From NCBI RefSeq assembly GCF_963921235.1, contig NC_086107.1, positions 109,990,001 through 110,054,000 of the forward strand: a stretch of DNA of 64,000 nt, given 5' to 3'. A program made the position numbers and the translations under genes. The notes beneath the pieces are model-generated. The model saw nothing but the letters and a program-made list of their open reading frames with translations, ran no database searches and was not told where the DNA came from. Within the stretch, counting starts at the first letter, position 1. Every line of letters begins with the position of its first letter. This DNA is from Mobula hypostoma (Eukaryota). This document shows positions 1-13,708 of this stretch, in pieces.

Positions 1-2601
1 TCTCCGAGGTCATTCTGTCAACACTCCCTAGGGTCCTATCATTTACTATAATCAACAGTTCTTTGACCTTCCAAAATGCATCACTTCTCACTTGTCAAGA
101 TTAAATTCCATCTGCCATTACTCTGGCCAACTTTCAGCTGATCAATATCAAGCAACAGCCTAACAAAATCCTCATTATCTACATCACAAGTGTTCAACTG
201 AATGACAACATTCCTTATTCAGGAAAAATTAAGTTACCAATATTGTGAAGGCATCTGGGCAAATCTGCAAATGAGCCATGCCATCCACAACAAGCAATTA
301 ATTCAGCCACAACCAATGAAACTCTAATTACAAACCATCTGCAGAAACCACCTTCAATCAAATGACGTTCCCCATGTTAACAAGGTTAAACAAATCCATT
401 GCTTACATGAACTTAAGCAATGGACATACATCTCATCTGAATCAATGGACTCTTTGGCACTTCTGCTGCTCGCATGGTGTGGGGGGGGGTTAATGTTTTG
501 CTGCTGCTTCTGAGAAGGGAGGGGCTTCAATGTTTCTGTTGTTCTATGGGGTTACTTCATGGATGTCTGCAAAGAGGACGAATTTCAGGTTGTGTACTGG
601 GTACATACTCCTAGTATTAAATGCATATTTAATACCTTTGAACTTATGTTCTCGTTATTTATCACTATTTATTTATATTTGCATTTGCAGTTTGCTGTCT
701 TCTGCACTCCAGCTGATCTTTAATTGATCCTGTTATAGCTACTGTTCTATAGATTTGCTGAGTATGCCCACAAGAAAATGAATCTCAAGGTTGTATATGG
801 TGACATATATGTACTTTGATAATAAATTTATTTTGAACCTTGATTTTTATCTACAATTCATAACCAGCACATTCAGGAAAAACCTTTAAAAAGTTATGTT
901 TACTATCAACAAGTCTTAAAAAGAAAAAAAGAAATAAAATTGATGAGTTACAGATAACCACATGGTCTGAGAATTTCCACAGAAGCTTGAATTTTTAAAA
1001 ATTGACATGTTTCTCTAATTACCATCAGCTTTGTCCAAATCATGGAAATTATCATGAGCAGCAGCTAACAAGAATACTGGTCAAGATTACACCATTTAAT
1101 TAGTAGAATATCCAGAATTAGTCCTAATAGTCTTTTCAATCATGGCATGCATCTTAGTCTCAAGGACACCAAACCAAGTATAAGAGATATTAACTGCTGG
1201 AAACATTAGTCATTCTGTTTATTATCGTTTGCTGCAAAATAATAAGACACAAGCAGAAGGATCTAGCCATTTGGCCATTCAAGTCTGCCCATCATTCCAT
1301 GGCCGACCTATTATCCCTCAACTCCATTCTTCCTTTCAACCTCTGGTTTAACTATACCCAATGACTTGGCCTCCACAGCCATCCATGACAATGAACTCCA
1401 CAGACCCGCCACCCTTCAGCCAAAGAATCTCCAGTTACTGGAACAGAATGACCTCTGGTTGTAGGACAAGTGAGGATACCTTCATAACAAAATTAGCCTG
1501 GGGTTCTCCAAGGTGCAAATTTAAGGATTTCTTTTTCTTAAAACCTCCAAGAAACAGTATCAATATTCAGCTGATTTTGTGATCCTACTTCCAAGTCTCT
1601 ACTAGCATTACACCATGTACAAAACTTTAGTAGTCTTATACATCCCAAGATCAACTTTCATCCTCATTCAATGTATTGTCAAAGGCATTTTTTCCTCGTC
1701 TCATGCATCTCTAATTCTTAGCCTTGTATCACTCCCATTATTGTCAAATCCTGGGTCTCAACTTCAATATTCTTCCAGTTGGTTGCACTTCCAAACGCTA
1801 CAACCAATTCAGAGTGTCGCTACCCTCGTTATTTCTGCACATCCATCCTCCATAGTTTTACTGGTGTTCGTTGAGGCTCCCAAGACTCCGTAAGAATCAG
1901 GTTCTCAGTCTCCTGGGTAAATGTTATTTACCCTACCCACTCTCTGCAATTTCATCGGGTACCCATTCTCTATACACCTTCATACAGGAAAGATTACTCC
2001 CATATTCTTCAATGCTGACAGTTCTTTTGGTTAATATGCCCCAAAATCCACCCTCATCTTCTGCAATATCACCTATGGTCACTCTAAAAACTATCTTTGT
2101 AGTGGTTCTAATCTATGAAAATGTAGCTGGCAAGAACAATCGGAGATGATTTATATTCTTGAAATATAAATTTGAAAGTTACAGCCAACTCCAGTTAACA
2201 TTTTTCATGACATACAAGGGCTAGCACAACTGTAGCTGCAACCTCTTATTAGAAAGCAACATTTCATGCAAGGTTGGTAGAAATCAAAGTCTCAACGCCT
2301 GAGTTACTGCCACTTGGCGCCAGGTTATCACCAAGTCTTTTTGACAGTATGCCTAAACATGTTGATTTATGAACTGAGAGAACAGAGTGTTCCTGTCTCA
2401 AGAAACATTGCCAGCTGAGAAACACACTCAAATTAACTCCAAGCAATTACATTTTAAAAATTGACAAAGAAAGATATTCAACTCCTAAAAAACAGTGCTG
2501 AAGGACTGACTGATTTGTAATCATTTTAAGGTGGGATGTGACTTTTTACTTTTCAATGAATAGCCTTTATCACAAGATGGAAAGATCTAGTAGGTGTTCT
2601 T

Positions 2602-2755
2602 ACAGTATGTTGGAGGAACTCTCCAGGTCAGGCAGCAGCCATGGAAAGAAATAAACAGTTGACATTTTGGGCCGAGACTGTTTATGCTTCTGCCTGACCT
2701 TCTGAGCTCCTCTGACTTTCTCTGGATTTCTAGTATCTACAGAATCTCTTGTATT
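2602..2755. mobile_element. Degenerate miniature fold-back PLE derivative
   Basis: GGAGGAACT..CAGGTCAGGCAGC followed by the inverse CTGCCTGACC..CTGAG and the same GGATTTC.AG.ATCT.CAGA tail. Confidence 0.6.
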
Positions 2756-3711
2756 TATGGGGGCTCCTACATGCAGGATATTATCAATTACCAAACAACA
2801 TGCAATTCTTTCCATGTGTAAATAAAACTATAACCAACTGTGTGGGGAATCTTGGAAATCTACAACATAGGAGGCCCTTCAGCCCAATATATCTAACAAA
2901 ATTCAAATGACCCCCAAGAACCCCCAGCTTCTAGTCCAACCCTTTTTTATGCCATCAACCTCTACCATTAACCGAGGGGTCAGTAGATCCCAGGTTGGGA
3001 ACGCCTGCTCTAGCCACATGTGCCTCTTTCACAGTTGCACCAAGACTTCCAGAACCCTCTGGGTGAAATTTATTCTCCCGAGCAACTCCATCTTCATAAA
3101 AATCCTAGTAATTAACCCAAGAGTAGAGGTTGTTCGTATTGACCCCAAAGCTCTCAATTTTACTTTAAATCTTCCCTCGGCCATAAAGAAAAGCACTTCA
3201 ATTTAATTGCTCATTAATTCTGTAATCACAGCAACATCCTCACAGATCTTTTCTAAACACAATATAGAAAGCCATTTCATCCATTCTGTATCGCAAGATT
3301 TCCCACTTACACCAAGGCCACAATTAAGCATGACACATATTGGGCAAAAATAAGACACAAAATCTTCAATTATTATATTCTTCTAACCCGTTTGAAATGA
3401 TAATTTCTAGTGTTTACAAAGAAAATAGTATTAAACAGGTGAAACTACTACAGTACGTGTCTCTCAAGTTTTTTTTGGAAAAAACCTTGAAGTTGATTTC
3501 AGATAGCTGTTGAAATAGCTAAAAGCTCTGAATAGAAGGTCAGATATTTGTATTGTGTTGAGCTGGGGAGTTGGATATCCAAAATGCAATTGGCAGTCTA
3601 GACAGCATTTTAGTTACAAGTGGTCTAGAGTAAGTATAGGATGTTAATAAGACCTTTATGCAGAGTATGATGTTCCACGTTTAGATGTTTCAGTGACTCA
3701 ATTAAGTTAAG

Positions 3712-4770
3712 CATAGAACAGTACAGGCCCTTCACCCACAATGTCTTGCCAACCTTTTAACTTACTCCCAGATCAATCGAACCTGTCCTCTCACATAGCC
3801 CTCCATTTTCCTTTCATTCATGTCTACTTAAAGAGTCTCTTAAATGTTCCTAATGCATCTGCCTCTACCACCAACATGCCAAGTGCATTCCTTACACTTA
3901 CTGCTCTCTGTGTAAAAGAAACCTACCAGGCATTCCTTTATGCTTTCCTTCAAAGTATGTCCTTTCATATTAGCCATTCTTACACTGGAGGAAAAGTCTC
4001 TGGTTGTCCTCTCCACCTATGCCTCTTATCAACTTATACACCTCTTATCCTTAGCTCCAAAGAAAAATGGCCTTGTTCACTCAACCTTTCCTCACAAGAC
4101 ACGTTCTCTAATCCAGACTGCATCCTGGTAAATCCCCTCTGCACCCTCTCTAAACTTTCCACATCCTTTCTATTATGAGGCAAACAGAAATGAACATAAT
4201 ACTTCAAGTGTGGTCTTAACCAGAGTTTTATAAAGCTGCACACAGGACAGTACAGTAGCATAGTGGTTAGCACAACGCTTACAGTACCAGCAAACCAGGT
4301 TCAATTCCCGCAGTTGTCTGTAAGGAGTTAGTACATTCTCCCCGTGACCACGTGGCTTTCCTCTGAGTGCTCTGGTTTCCTCCCATAATCCAGAAGATGT
4401 ATCAATTGGTAGGTTAATTGGTCATTATAAATTATCCCATGATTAGGTTAGGGTTAATTTGGGGGTTGCTGGGCAGCGTGGCTCGAGGGGCCAGAAGGCC
4501 CTACTCTGTGCTGCATCTCAATAAACAAACAAAAATAAATAACATTACCTCATGGCTCTTCAACTCAATCCCTTAAATGATGAAGGCCAACACAACATAT
4601 GCCTTCTTAACCACACCGTCAACTTGCGCAACTCTGAGGGATCTATGGACATGGACTCTGTTCTTCCACACTGATTAGAATCCTGCCATTAACCTTATAC
4701 TGTGTCATCAAATTCCACCAGCCAAAATGCATCACTTCATGCTTTTCTGGATTGAACTCCATCTGCCAGT
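3712..4770 (-). mobile_element. CR1 fragment interrupted by a SINE (about 4245-4540)
   Basis: (-) LRPHLKYYVHF..PHNRKDVESLERVQRGFTRM. Confidence 0.75.
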
Positions 4771-5459
4771 TAGTCAAAATAGTTAGGGATTCAACAGGTT
4801 AAAGACAGAGAAACCAGATCCTTTAGCAAGGAATTACAAACCAGTAGTAATCTGAGCATTAAAGTATTACAGAAAGAAATCAAGCATTAAAAAAACATGA
4901 AATCTAGAACTTCTAACACCTCCCAAAAGGCTCAGGATACTGGATATGTTGAAATTTTAAGTCATCAGATTGATGGAGGTGGATAACCAGGAATCCACAA
5001 GGGCAGGCAAATAGAGCTGCCATATAGTTCAGCCATCTACAAACTAAATAATTGTTACAATGGCCTCAAGGGGCTGATTGCTTTACTTGTATTACTGAAA
5101 GCAACAGCTAGTAGTACTCAAAATCATGTATAGGATCCAATAGCACAAAAATGTAAAATACCTTAAGTGCAATACTGATTCATGATGCACTCAAAGGTGC
5201 CCTCCATTCAATAAAATGTTAAAATAAGCCCCTAGCCTGCCATCCCACTGCATTACTCTGAACAACATGAGAGTAAATCCTATTTCTCTGAGCAGAATCT
5301 TTCAACCAACAACTGAAACAGATGATCTATTTTCTTCATGATTATACTTCAAAAATATTAGCTGAAAATTAACTTTGGAACAATGGATTTACAAAAAGCA
5401 CTATAATATACACCAAGTTTAGCCACCAATGTCTTTACTTTCAAAAGCACGTCCAATAA

Positions 5460-5712
5460 CAATGGACAAGGATTTTGCTTCCTGAATATTTTTGAGTCTA
5501 GATCATGAAGATCACTATGAAATTTCCCTATTACACACCTTTTTTTTTTGAAGTTGCCTATTTTTGTTATTTCAATTCTCAATTCAAGTCAATTAAGATG
5601 TTGTCCACAATATAGGCTGAAGTTTTCTACGTTATCCAGACATGCCTGGGCATGCTTAGGGAGGGCGGATGCTGTATGGCAGGACAGGACAGGTTTTAGA
5701 AAGGCTATAAAA

Positions 5713-5764
<52 letters not shown>

Positions 5765-6346
5765 ACGCATTATACTTACATGATTTGTGATCACACTGAT
5801 GCACATGCTCTACCTGCATAAAATACTGTGTGTACGCTTTATAATCAAGTAACAGTATTTTCAGGAGTACTTGTATTTACAAAATGTCTCACCAACATTG
5901 AAATAGCCAGGATATATGTTACAGTTGTGGTGAGTATATGCTTAAATCTCAGACACAGCATGACTCCTCTTATTAAGAAAGCCTATGAACTCCACTTTGG
6001 GTGTAAAACTGGCGACCAAGACAAAGCCTAGGCTCCTCACATTTGATGCATTCCCATTTAGCCATCTTCCCTACAAATCTTGGCGCTGTCAGTGACGAGC
6101 ACAGTGAAAGGTTTCATCAGGACATTGCAGTCACGGAGAAACAGTATCAGGGCAACTAGAGTCCATCAATGCTGGCTGATTATTGTAAAAACACTGTATT
6201 CAATATAAGTTATGTTGTGTTTCTCCAAATTCCTACGTAATACAAGTAGTCTGAAATTATATTTGTGTTCAGCTTCAAGCAGTCTACCATAAACAAAAAA
6301 AGTTTCTGAGGAAGCAACACTTCCAAAAAATATTTGTTGTCCAGTG
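5460..6346 (+). mobile_element. Internally deleted DNA transposon, probably Chapaev3 (CMC) type
   Basis: Ends CAATGGACAA and TTGTCCAGTG, with TAA on both sides. Transposase remnants AYELHFGCKTGDQDKA and LGAVSDEHSERFHQDI. The family name comes from recollection of motifs and needs a library search. Confidence 0.6.
5714..5759. repeat. (CA)n microsatellite
   Basis: Directly visible. Confidence 0.95.
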
Positions 6347-6526
6347 TAATGAGTTTTCAGAAGCTCACAAAAAAAAGCTAAAGGTAAAATAGCAATGATG
6401 AAAACACATTAAGTCAATCAGGTTAAAAACTTTGGTGAGGAACTACGATCAAAATGATAGCTCATCAGCACAAACATATGCAATAATTAACTACTTGACA
6501 GAAAAAAAAGTTATCAAATTCTGTAC

Positions 6527-6582
6527 CTTCAAGTTGGTCGTGGGCACTTTCAATGTTGTCTTGTCACCAGAATCTCTCAGTC
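6527..6582 (-). other. Candidate 56-nt internal exon of the divergent gene
   Basis: Minus strand: ttatttttgatttgcatgcatAG|GACTGAGAG...AACTTGAAG|GTACAG in sequence with no recognisable repeat. Splice signals only. Confidence 0.35.
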
Positions 6583-7646
6583 CTATGCATGCAAATCAAA
6601 AATAAGTGAAAAACGGCATTGTGAAGATCTGACTCTGGTTATTAGCCTAAATGCAACTTCACTGTCCACTGATGCCTAAGCAGGCAGTAAACCTAGCAAC
6701 CTCACCCTCAAACTCCAGAAATTCAATTTTAAAGTTAATACATTGGCTGAATATGTGAACAAGCGGCAGATCATGTTTTGGCGGGAAAAAAATAAAGGAA
6801 GTGTAGACTAAATGAGTACAAATCTGAAGAATTTACGAATGGGACCTGGATGTATACATATACTTAAAGCTTTGTGTTAGAAGGAATTGAGAGAACAATT
6901 GGTAAAACAATGGAATTTGGGACTTAATAAATCAAATAATCACAGAAATACAAAATAAGGGAGATTATGGAAGCGAAGAATACAAAAGCAGGCAGATTAT
7001 GTAGGTGTATCTGCATATGTGGTTCAATGAAGGTGCTAAAATAGGTTGGGAAAGTGGCTAAGGAATCTTGGGCACATAGTACAATAACAAGGAAAACATG
7101 GTGAACATTATAAAACAATGGTTCAGTCATGACAACAGTAGTATCCAATTTTGGACAAGGCATATCAGGGAAGATGTAAAGCTTCTGAGAGAGTGCAAAA
7201 GAGATTTTCCATAACAATTTCATGAACTAGAGGAATATGAATAGACAGAAGCTGGAACTGTTCTCCATACACAGAAGGGTAGAAGAGGTCTAAGAGAGGT
7301 ATTTTAAATCATTATAGACCGCGGAGAAAAAGACAAACTGTTCTCATTGACTGAGGGGATTAAGGGCTAGGAACATACAATGAAGCTGATTGACAAAAGA
7401 ACCAAAATTGACTTAATTTGTTTATTTATTGGAATGCGTTGTGGAGAAGGCTCTTCCAGCCCTTTAAGCTATGACACCCTGAGTTAACCCAAGCCTAATC
7501 ACAAGATAACTTACAATGACCAATTCACCTACTAACCCGTACATACATACTTGGATGGTTGGGGGAAGCTGGAGAGCCTGGAAAAACCCACACATTCAAC
7601 TGGGAGAACATACAGACTCCTTACAGATGATGTCAAAACTGAACTA

Positions 7647-8310
7647 CAGGCAGTCCCCAGGTTACGAACGAGTTCCGTTCCTGAGTCCATCTTTAAGTCG
7701 GATTTGTACACAAGTCGTAACAGGCACATCCAGTATTATTTAGCGTCAGTTAGTCAAACGCTTGTCTTAGTATGCAGTACATATTTTACCTTTCTATGCA
7801 TACAAAACACTTAAGAAACGTATGTATTTCAATAATTAAATCAGTGCGTTGCTTAGTAATAATTGTAGCTTTCATCAGGGCAGGGCCTTTCACATGCTCT
7901 ATTATTCTCACTTTATCCTTTAAAATTGTTCAGATCGTTGACCGACTGTAGCTTAAAGCTTTTCCAATGACCTCTTCCCAATCACTTTATTATTTCCACT
8001 TTATTTTCAATCGTGACCGTTTTCTGTCAACGGAACAGAAACATTACAGATTCAGCAGCAGCAGCCGCGGGCGGCGAGTCCTGACTTGAGCTCCCCTGGG
8101 TCCTAAAGTTCACCTGTACTAAGACAGGTTAAGTGGTACAAGTGGGGGGTGGTGCTAACTGGAAGGTCGGGGGGGGGGCGGTGCCCAAGGTGGATCTTGT
8201 TAAGAAAAATTTAAGCCAAATACAAAGTTACACACTCACAGTGCTAACGGCAACGACTTAAAATGGCGGATGGCGTTCTCCTTCCTCCATTCGTAAGTTC
8301 GAGTTGCCTG
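7647..8310. mobile_element. Tc1/mariner (Tigger-like) MITE nested in a SINE
   Basis: TA|CAGGCAGTCCCC...GAGTTGCCTG|TA; the host SINE (about 7415-8375, -) continues on both sides. Confidence 0.7.
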
Positions 8311-11300
8311 TATGAACTTCTACTTCCTTACTTGTAATAGCATCATGCTAACAGCTACGCTACTGTGGCACCCAATATATAAACAGTAAATGGTTAGTGT
8401 CTGGAAAACATTGCTACTGAGGCAAATTTAAACTCGTGAATTTGTAAGGATATGGGGAGAGACCCAGCCATCGGAACTCCTAGAATGCTTTAGCTTAAAG
8501 CTGACAGACTCAACAGGCCAAATCACCTCCATGTTAGAACCACTTTAATTCTTCCTTTGAATACAATCAAGCCTATGCCAAAGAATTGATTAGGTAAACT
8601 CAATGCTTCAGTACTCCGCAGAGAGAAGCAAAGCATCAAAGATGCTGTACTTGAGACATTAAAAGAAGCCCCACCTGTCGTCTTCAAAGATTTTAAAAGA
8701 TCCCTTTGTCTAATTCAAACAGTCTTCCTAGTGTGCTCAGCTGACATCAAATTAATGGCAAGTGAACCCCAGTGTGATGGTGCCTTCTGCCATGGAACTT
8801 GCTCTTTACTGAACCAGTTTGTCAGTTCAATTAATTATGGCTGATCTGCAGCTCAATTCCACTCACACACAACTTGATTAATATACCTTTACACAACAAA
8901 TATTCAAATCATAGCCTTTTCACAGAGACAATGAAACTAGGCTTTTTAAAAAAAACTCAACTCCAGCTTTCTTGAGCACTGTTGAGATGGGTGTAACTAA
9001 AATATTTAAATCACTGAGGGACATGTTTGGAAACCCAAGCAACTTATTTTTCCCTGTCAGGCATATTTATAAAAGACAAAAGTTTATTTTTTAAAAAATA
9101 CAGTTGGGACCTAACTTGTTTGGGAGGACAAGGCCTGAGAGAAAACTTACTTTTATGTACTTTTAAAAGAAATATAACGACTTAAAAGAATTTGATCACT
9201 AAATGCTTTACCCCCTTAAGAGAATTCTGGCCAGTTTACAGCTGACCTAGAATGCATCACAAATTAACTGTCGCAACAGTTAACAGAAGCCTGGGGAAAA
9301 TAAAATTCTTGAATAGTTTCGATACCCCAAGAGTTAGAATTGGAATTTCAAACACCTATTTTTCTTTACTTTTGAGCTACAATTTTCCTCCCCCAGAAGA
9401 TGACAGAGCAATGATGTGAAATACATTTTCATGCAATTTCTCAGTCCTTTGATTTCGCATTTTTAAATCAATACATTAATACTGAAAAGGGGATGACAAA
9501 ATTTTACTGAGGAATTAACAAATATAAAATGATCTTTGACCGAATATTTATGACTCTTCAGGCTCTGAAGTATTACTGAGCAGAACTTAGCACAGTGCTA
9601 TGCAACAATTTTTTTTAAGTTTGTAAAGCGAGGGTAGCACAACTCGCATGGCCTCACCAAAAAGGAATTACATTTTCTACACAGTGCCACTGAATCCCAA
9701 TCAAATGAAAGGAGGTACAAGACAGACTGATAACCTTGAACTTCCAGTGATTGCTACACATTCAACCCACCAATATCTCAACTTGCATTTTCATCCAATC
9801 CTTTCAATTGTCTTTTACTTTATAGAATGGCCTAAGGATGTACTAATCAAATCATCTCTGAACCTATAGCCAACAAGGATTTCACTCACTGGCTGTGTCA
9901 TTACTAGACAGCCAGCAAACTGTGCAGATCACTATGCTTCATAGATTTCAAAATGATATCAAATGAATTCGAATTACACCTCAAAATAGTAATGCTGCTT
10001 GGCATGAAAGGAACAGCAGATTTGGACATTTGGTATATGTGCTTGACTGAGGAGCCATTGCTACAGCTGTCACTAATGCCTCCAAGTCAAATCCCACCTG
10101 ATGTGTGAAAAAGGTCAAAAGGATGGGGACAAGGTGGGCAACGTGAGTGGGGAGAAAAACAGTAACAGTTTCAAGTGCTGGTCTTTCATCAGAATGCCAG
10201 TGAAAGACCTTCAACCTGAGAAAGTTAACTGACATTTCACTTGCAAACCCAAGACTCTGTTGGACAATAAGTTGCTGCAGGCCTGTTACCATTGTATGGT
10301 TTGCGGGGGAACTGACAAAATAGGAGCTGTGTAGCCTAGATTGCAGCAAGGTCTAGGCCTCAAGCCTCAGGCTTGCCTGCTGCTGCAGACCAGGTGAGAA
10401 GATGAGGAAGCATTACAGCGTGGCGTCTGCACTCAGCTGGGGCCTGGCCTCTCCTGGTGCTGCCCAACCACGTTTGAGTAGTGGAATGACAGACTGGATT
10501 GTGTGCGTCTGTTGACTGCCGGGAGACTGTACCATCGATTGCTGGACGTTGTTGCACAGGGTCTTGGACCATAGATGATTTTTTTTTCCAAGTGAAGGTG
10601 GTTCTTGGCTTGCTATTTTGAATTATGTTACTTGCTACTTTTGAATGTTTTGCATCTTGGCCCCAGAGGAACATTTTGTTCAGCTGCATCCATGCATGGC
10701 TTGAATGATAATTAAACTTGATTTGATGCGTAGTCTGACAAGTATTTAAAGGGCTTCTTGAGGCTAATTCAAATTTCCAGCATCCACAGTACTTTAGTTT
10801 CACCCTGCTTTTCTATTCATCTGAATCTGCATGGCAGCACATTAGGCTCATGCCAGCATCATCAATACCTAGCTAAAGTTACTGCACACGGGATCAGTTT
10901 CTATCCTTCTCAAAACTAGTACAATGTCACTGAAACATCTGTGAAGAATAAACGGAAGTTTCAAAAGGTCGGGATTATTTTCAATAAATGGAAATCTCAG
11001 TCCTGTATTTTGTTGTGCAATACCAAAAAGAAGTCCTGCTGGTTTCCTAGCTGTCACTGATAGAAATAATTTGAAAAAATGACTTGATTCACATGCATAT
11101 AAAGTACCTTTGCTGAAAGTGAATTGTCTCTCAGTTTTTGTCAAAGAAAAACATACTGCACCAGACATTTAATCAAAACAAGATGCAACAATTTAAAATC
11201 ACTTGTAATTACATGTAATATCAATTGAAAAGTTTATCCATCAAGGTGTAATTTTAAAACTCAAGCTTGCATCCCTTATTACTGAGAACAATTCCACCCA

Positions 11301-11367
11301 GCACCCATACTAAAGTTACTCAAGTTCACAGGAAGTAGCAATTACTAACATACAACTATAAACTGCA

Positions 11368-11579
11368 GAGAAACACACACAAAATGCTGGAGGAACTCAG
11401 CAGGTCAGGCAGCATCTATGCAAAAGAGTAAACCGACATTCCCCAAAGAAGGGTCTCAACCCAAAACGTCGATCATTCATTCTCTTCCATAGACGCTGCC
11501 TGACCTGCTGAGTTCCTCCAGCATTTTGTATGTGTTGCTTTGGATTTCCAGCATCTGCAGATTTTCTCATTTGTGACTT
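11368..11579. mobile_element. Miniature fold-back PLE derivative
   Basis: AAAATGCTGGAGGAACTCAGCAGGTCAGGCAGC and its inverse flank a degenerate hammerhead. 13-bp TSD ACTATAAACTGCA at 11355-11367 and 11580-11592. Confidence 0.8.
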
Positions 11580-13708
11580 ACTATAAACTGCATGTATACG
11601 ATTCCTTTAATATTACAAGGTTATTCATGTCAAGTAGGAAATTTTGGTTAAAGCAGAACTTTAAATACCATTAAAGAATGTATAACGGCATGTGTGCTTA
11701 AGTAGGGAATTCTAAAGTCTGGTGTCTGGGTAGCTGAAGCAACTGCCAATGCTCACGTTTAACACCACGGTTAACAGTGCTGATTTCAAAAAAGATAGTT
11801 AAGTTCAGAGAAAGTAGACCATAGGCTAAGAATTTTAAATGAGGTATCAGGCATACAACCGACAGGGAACAAGATACATGTAAAATGTTTTAACAAGATT
11901 AAATTAATGGGCAATAATCCCAGTGTTTACACCACTGCAAAATACTTTCATGGAATGACAGCAGAGCAATGAAGTGAATACAAAGGGGGGGGGGGGGGGA
12001 CTGCATTTTGCCACCGTCAGGATGTCCCTAAGTTCTTTACATGTTTCACATGAAGTGCAGCCCCATTAGATGAATTTGTACACAAACATTAAATGATCAA
12101 ATCTTCTACTTCTAGTAATACAAGGGAACTGTCTGAATGGCTGCACAATAAAAACATATACGTATGGCCTTTTATTTCAAGGTTGTGTGAACATCAAGAC
12201 CCTATGGACTCCATTTAGAAGCTGCATTCACTTTCTGACACTGACTAAGGATATATCGACCTCACTCAGCAGGAGGTTCAGTATGGATTCAGAGACATGC
12301 TGAGACTCAGTCATGCCATTGCAAATGAAGTCCAATAAAAATGTTTAATACATTCTAACAACCTGATAACAGAGGAGACAGTGAATAAGGAGGACCACCA
12401 ATCTTAAATCTACAGCCTGGGCTCACTGAATTGAAGTCAGGAAGCATATTTATTTATAGCAGAGAGAAAAGTAGAAATTTCACAGTCTGTGCATTCTAGC
12501 CTAAACACAACTTTCAAAGCCAAGATCAACAAAACTCTGAATATGGGTAATGGGAGTGGGGAGGGGGTGGATCAGAGGTAGAAAAATTGAGTTATGACAA
12601 TCAGCCATGATTTAATAAACCTGGCCTAAGAGAATGAACAGGACTTTTCTTGTTCATAAAGTGGGAAACACTTTGCAAGTCAAATCTGGTTGAGGGATAG
12701 CAAGGATCTTAGCAGCATCTGGGTTAAAATGAATAATGTGCAGAAACCCTTGCAAAGGAAATCACATCATACTAGAAACTCACATTACTGTTAAATAAAC
12801 GACTGATATTGCTGGTCCCTTTTCAGCCTGAAAAGACTGAAAAAGCTTATCAATGAGCTATGAGCTATTCTTGCCACTAATTCTAAGGCTAGCCAGATGA
12901 CAAGCAATCTGACACAGGCGAAGCAGGTATGGGAGACTGAACAACTTTTATCAGTACATGCTAAAGCTGTAGGCAATGTCATGAAGATGCGATACAGAAA
13001 TAAAAACAAGGAAGACCTGCTCATCCTATTTGATAGCAACTAAAATTTTGCAGCTGAAAAGTGTGCAAGGCACAATTATGCAGATCAGAGTCACTGTTTT
13101 CTTTAAAATAAGGAAACAACCATTCAGATACAGCGTGGAACAGGCCCTTCCCTGTCCTTTGAGCAATGCCACCCAGCATCCCCCGATTTCATTCTAGCCT
13201 AATCACGGGTCAAAGTACCAATTAACCTACCAACCAGTACATCTTTGGATTGTGGGAGGAAACCAGAGCATCCAGAGGAAACCTATGCAGCCATGGGAGA
13301 ACATACAAACTCCTTACAGGCAGTGGCAGGAACTGAACCCAGGTCGCTGGTACTACAAAGCATTGTGCTCACCACTACATTAACTTGCTGCCCTAAAATG
13401 TTAGTCATGTATCTTGAAAATTACCTTGATGGCACAAGGAATATCGAACAACCTTGCAATTCACAATGACATGGAACCAAAACACACAGAGCACCTAAAG
13501 TCCAGGGTTTTTTTTTGGAGAACTCTGTGCCCACAAGGAGAGACAATGCCCCTCCTGGGTGAGTGATTCTGGAGATATAACAAAAGGAAACCTCTGGAAA
13601 GGGCAAGTCTGCCTAGGAACAGGTAAGGAAAAGTAATTCATTCTGCTGAAGTGCTCAAAAAAACCTCATCATAATCATTATTTTGTCAAACAGACAACAA
13701 CATGACCT

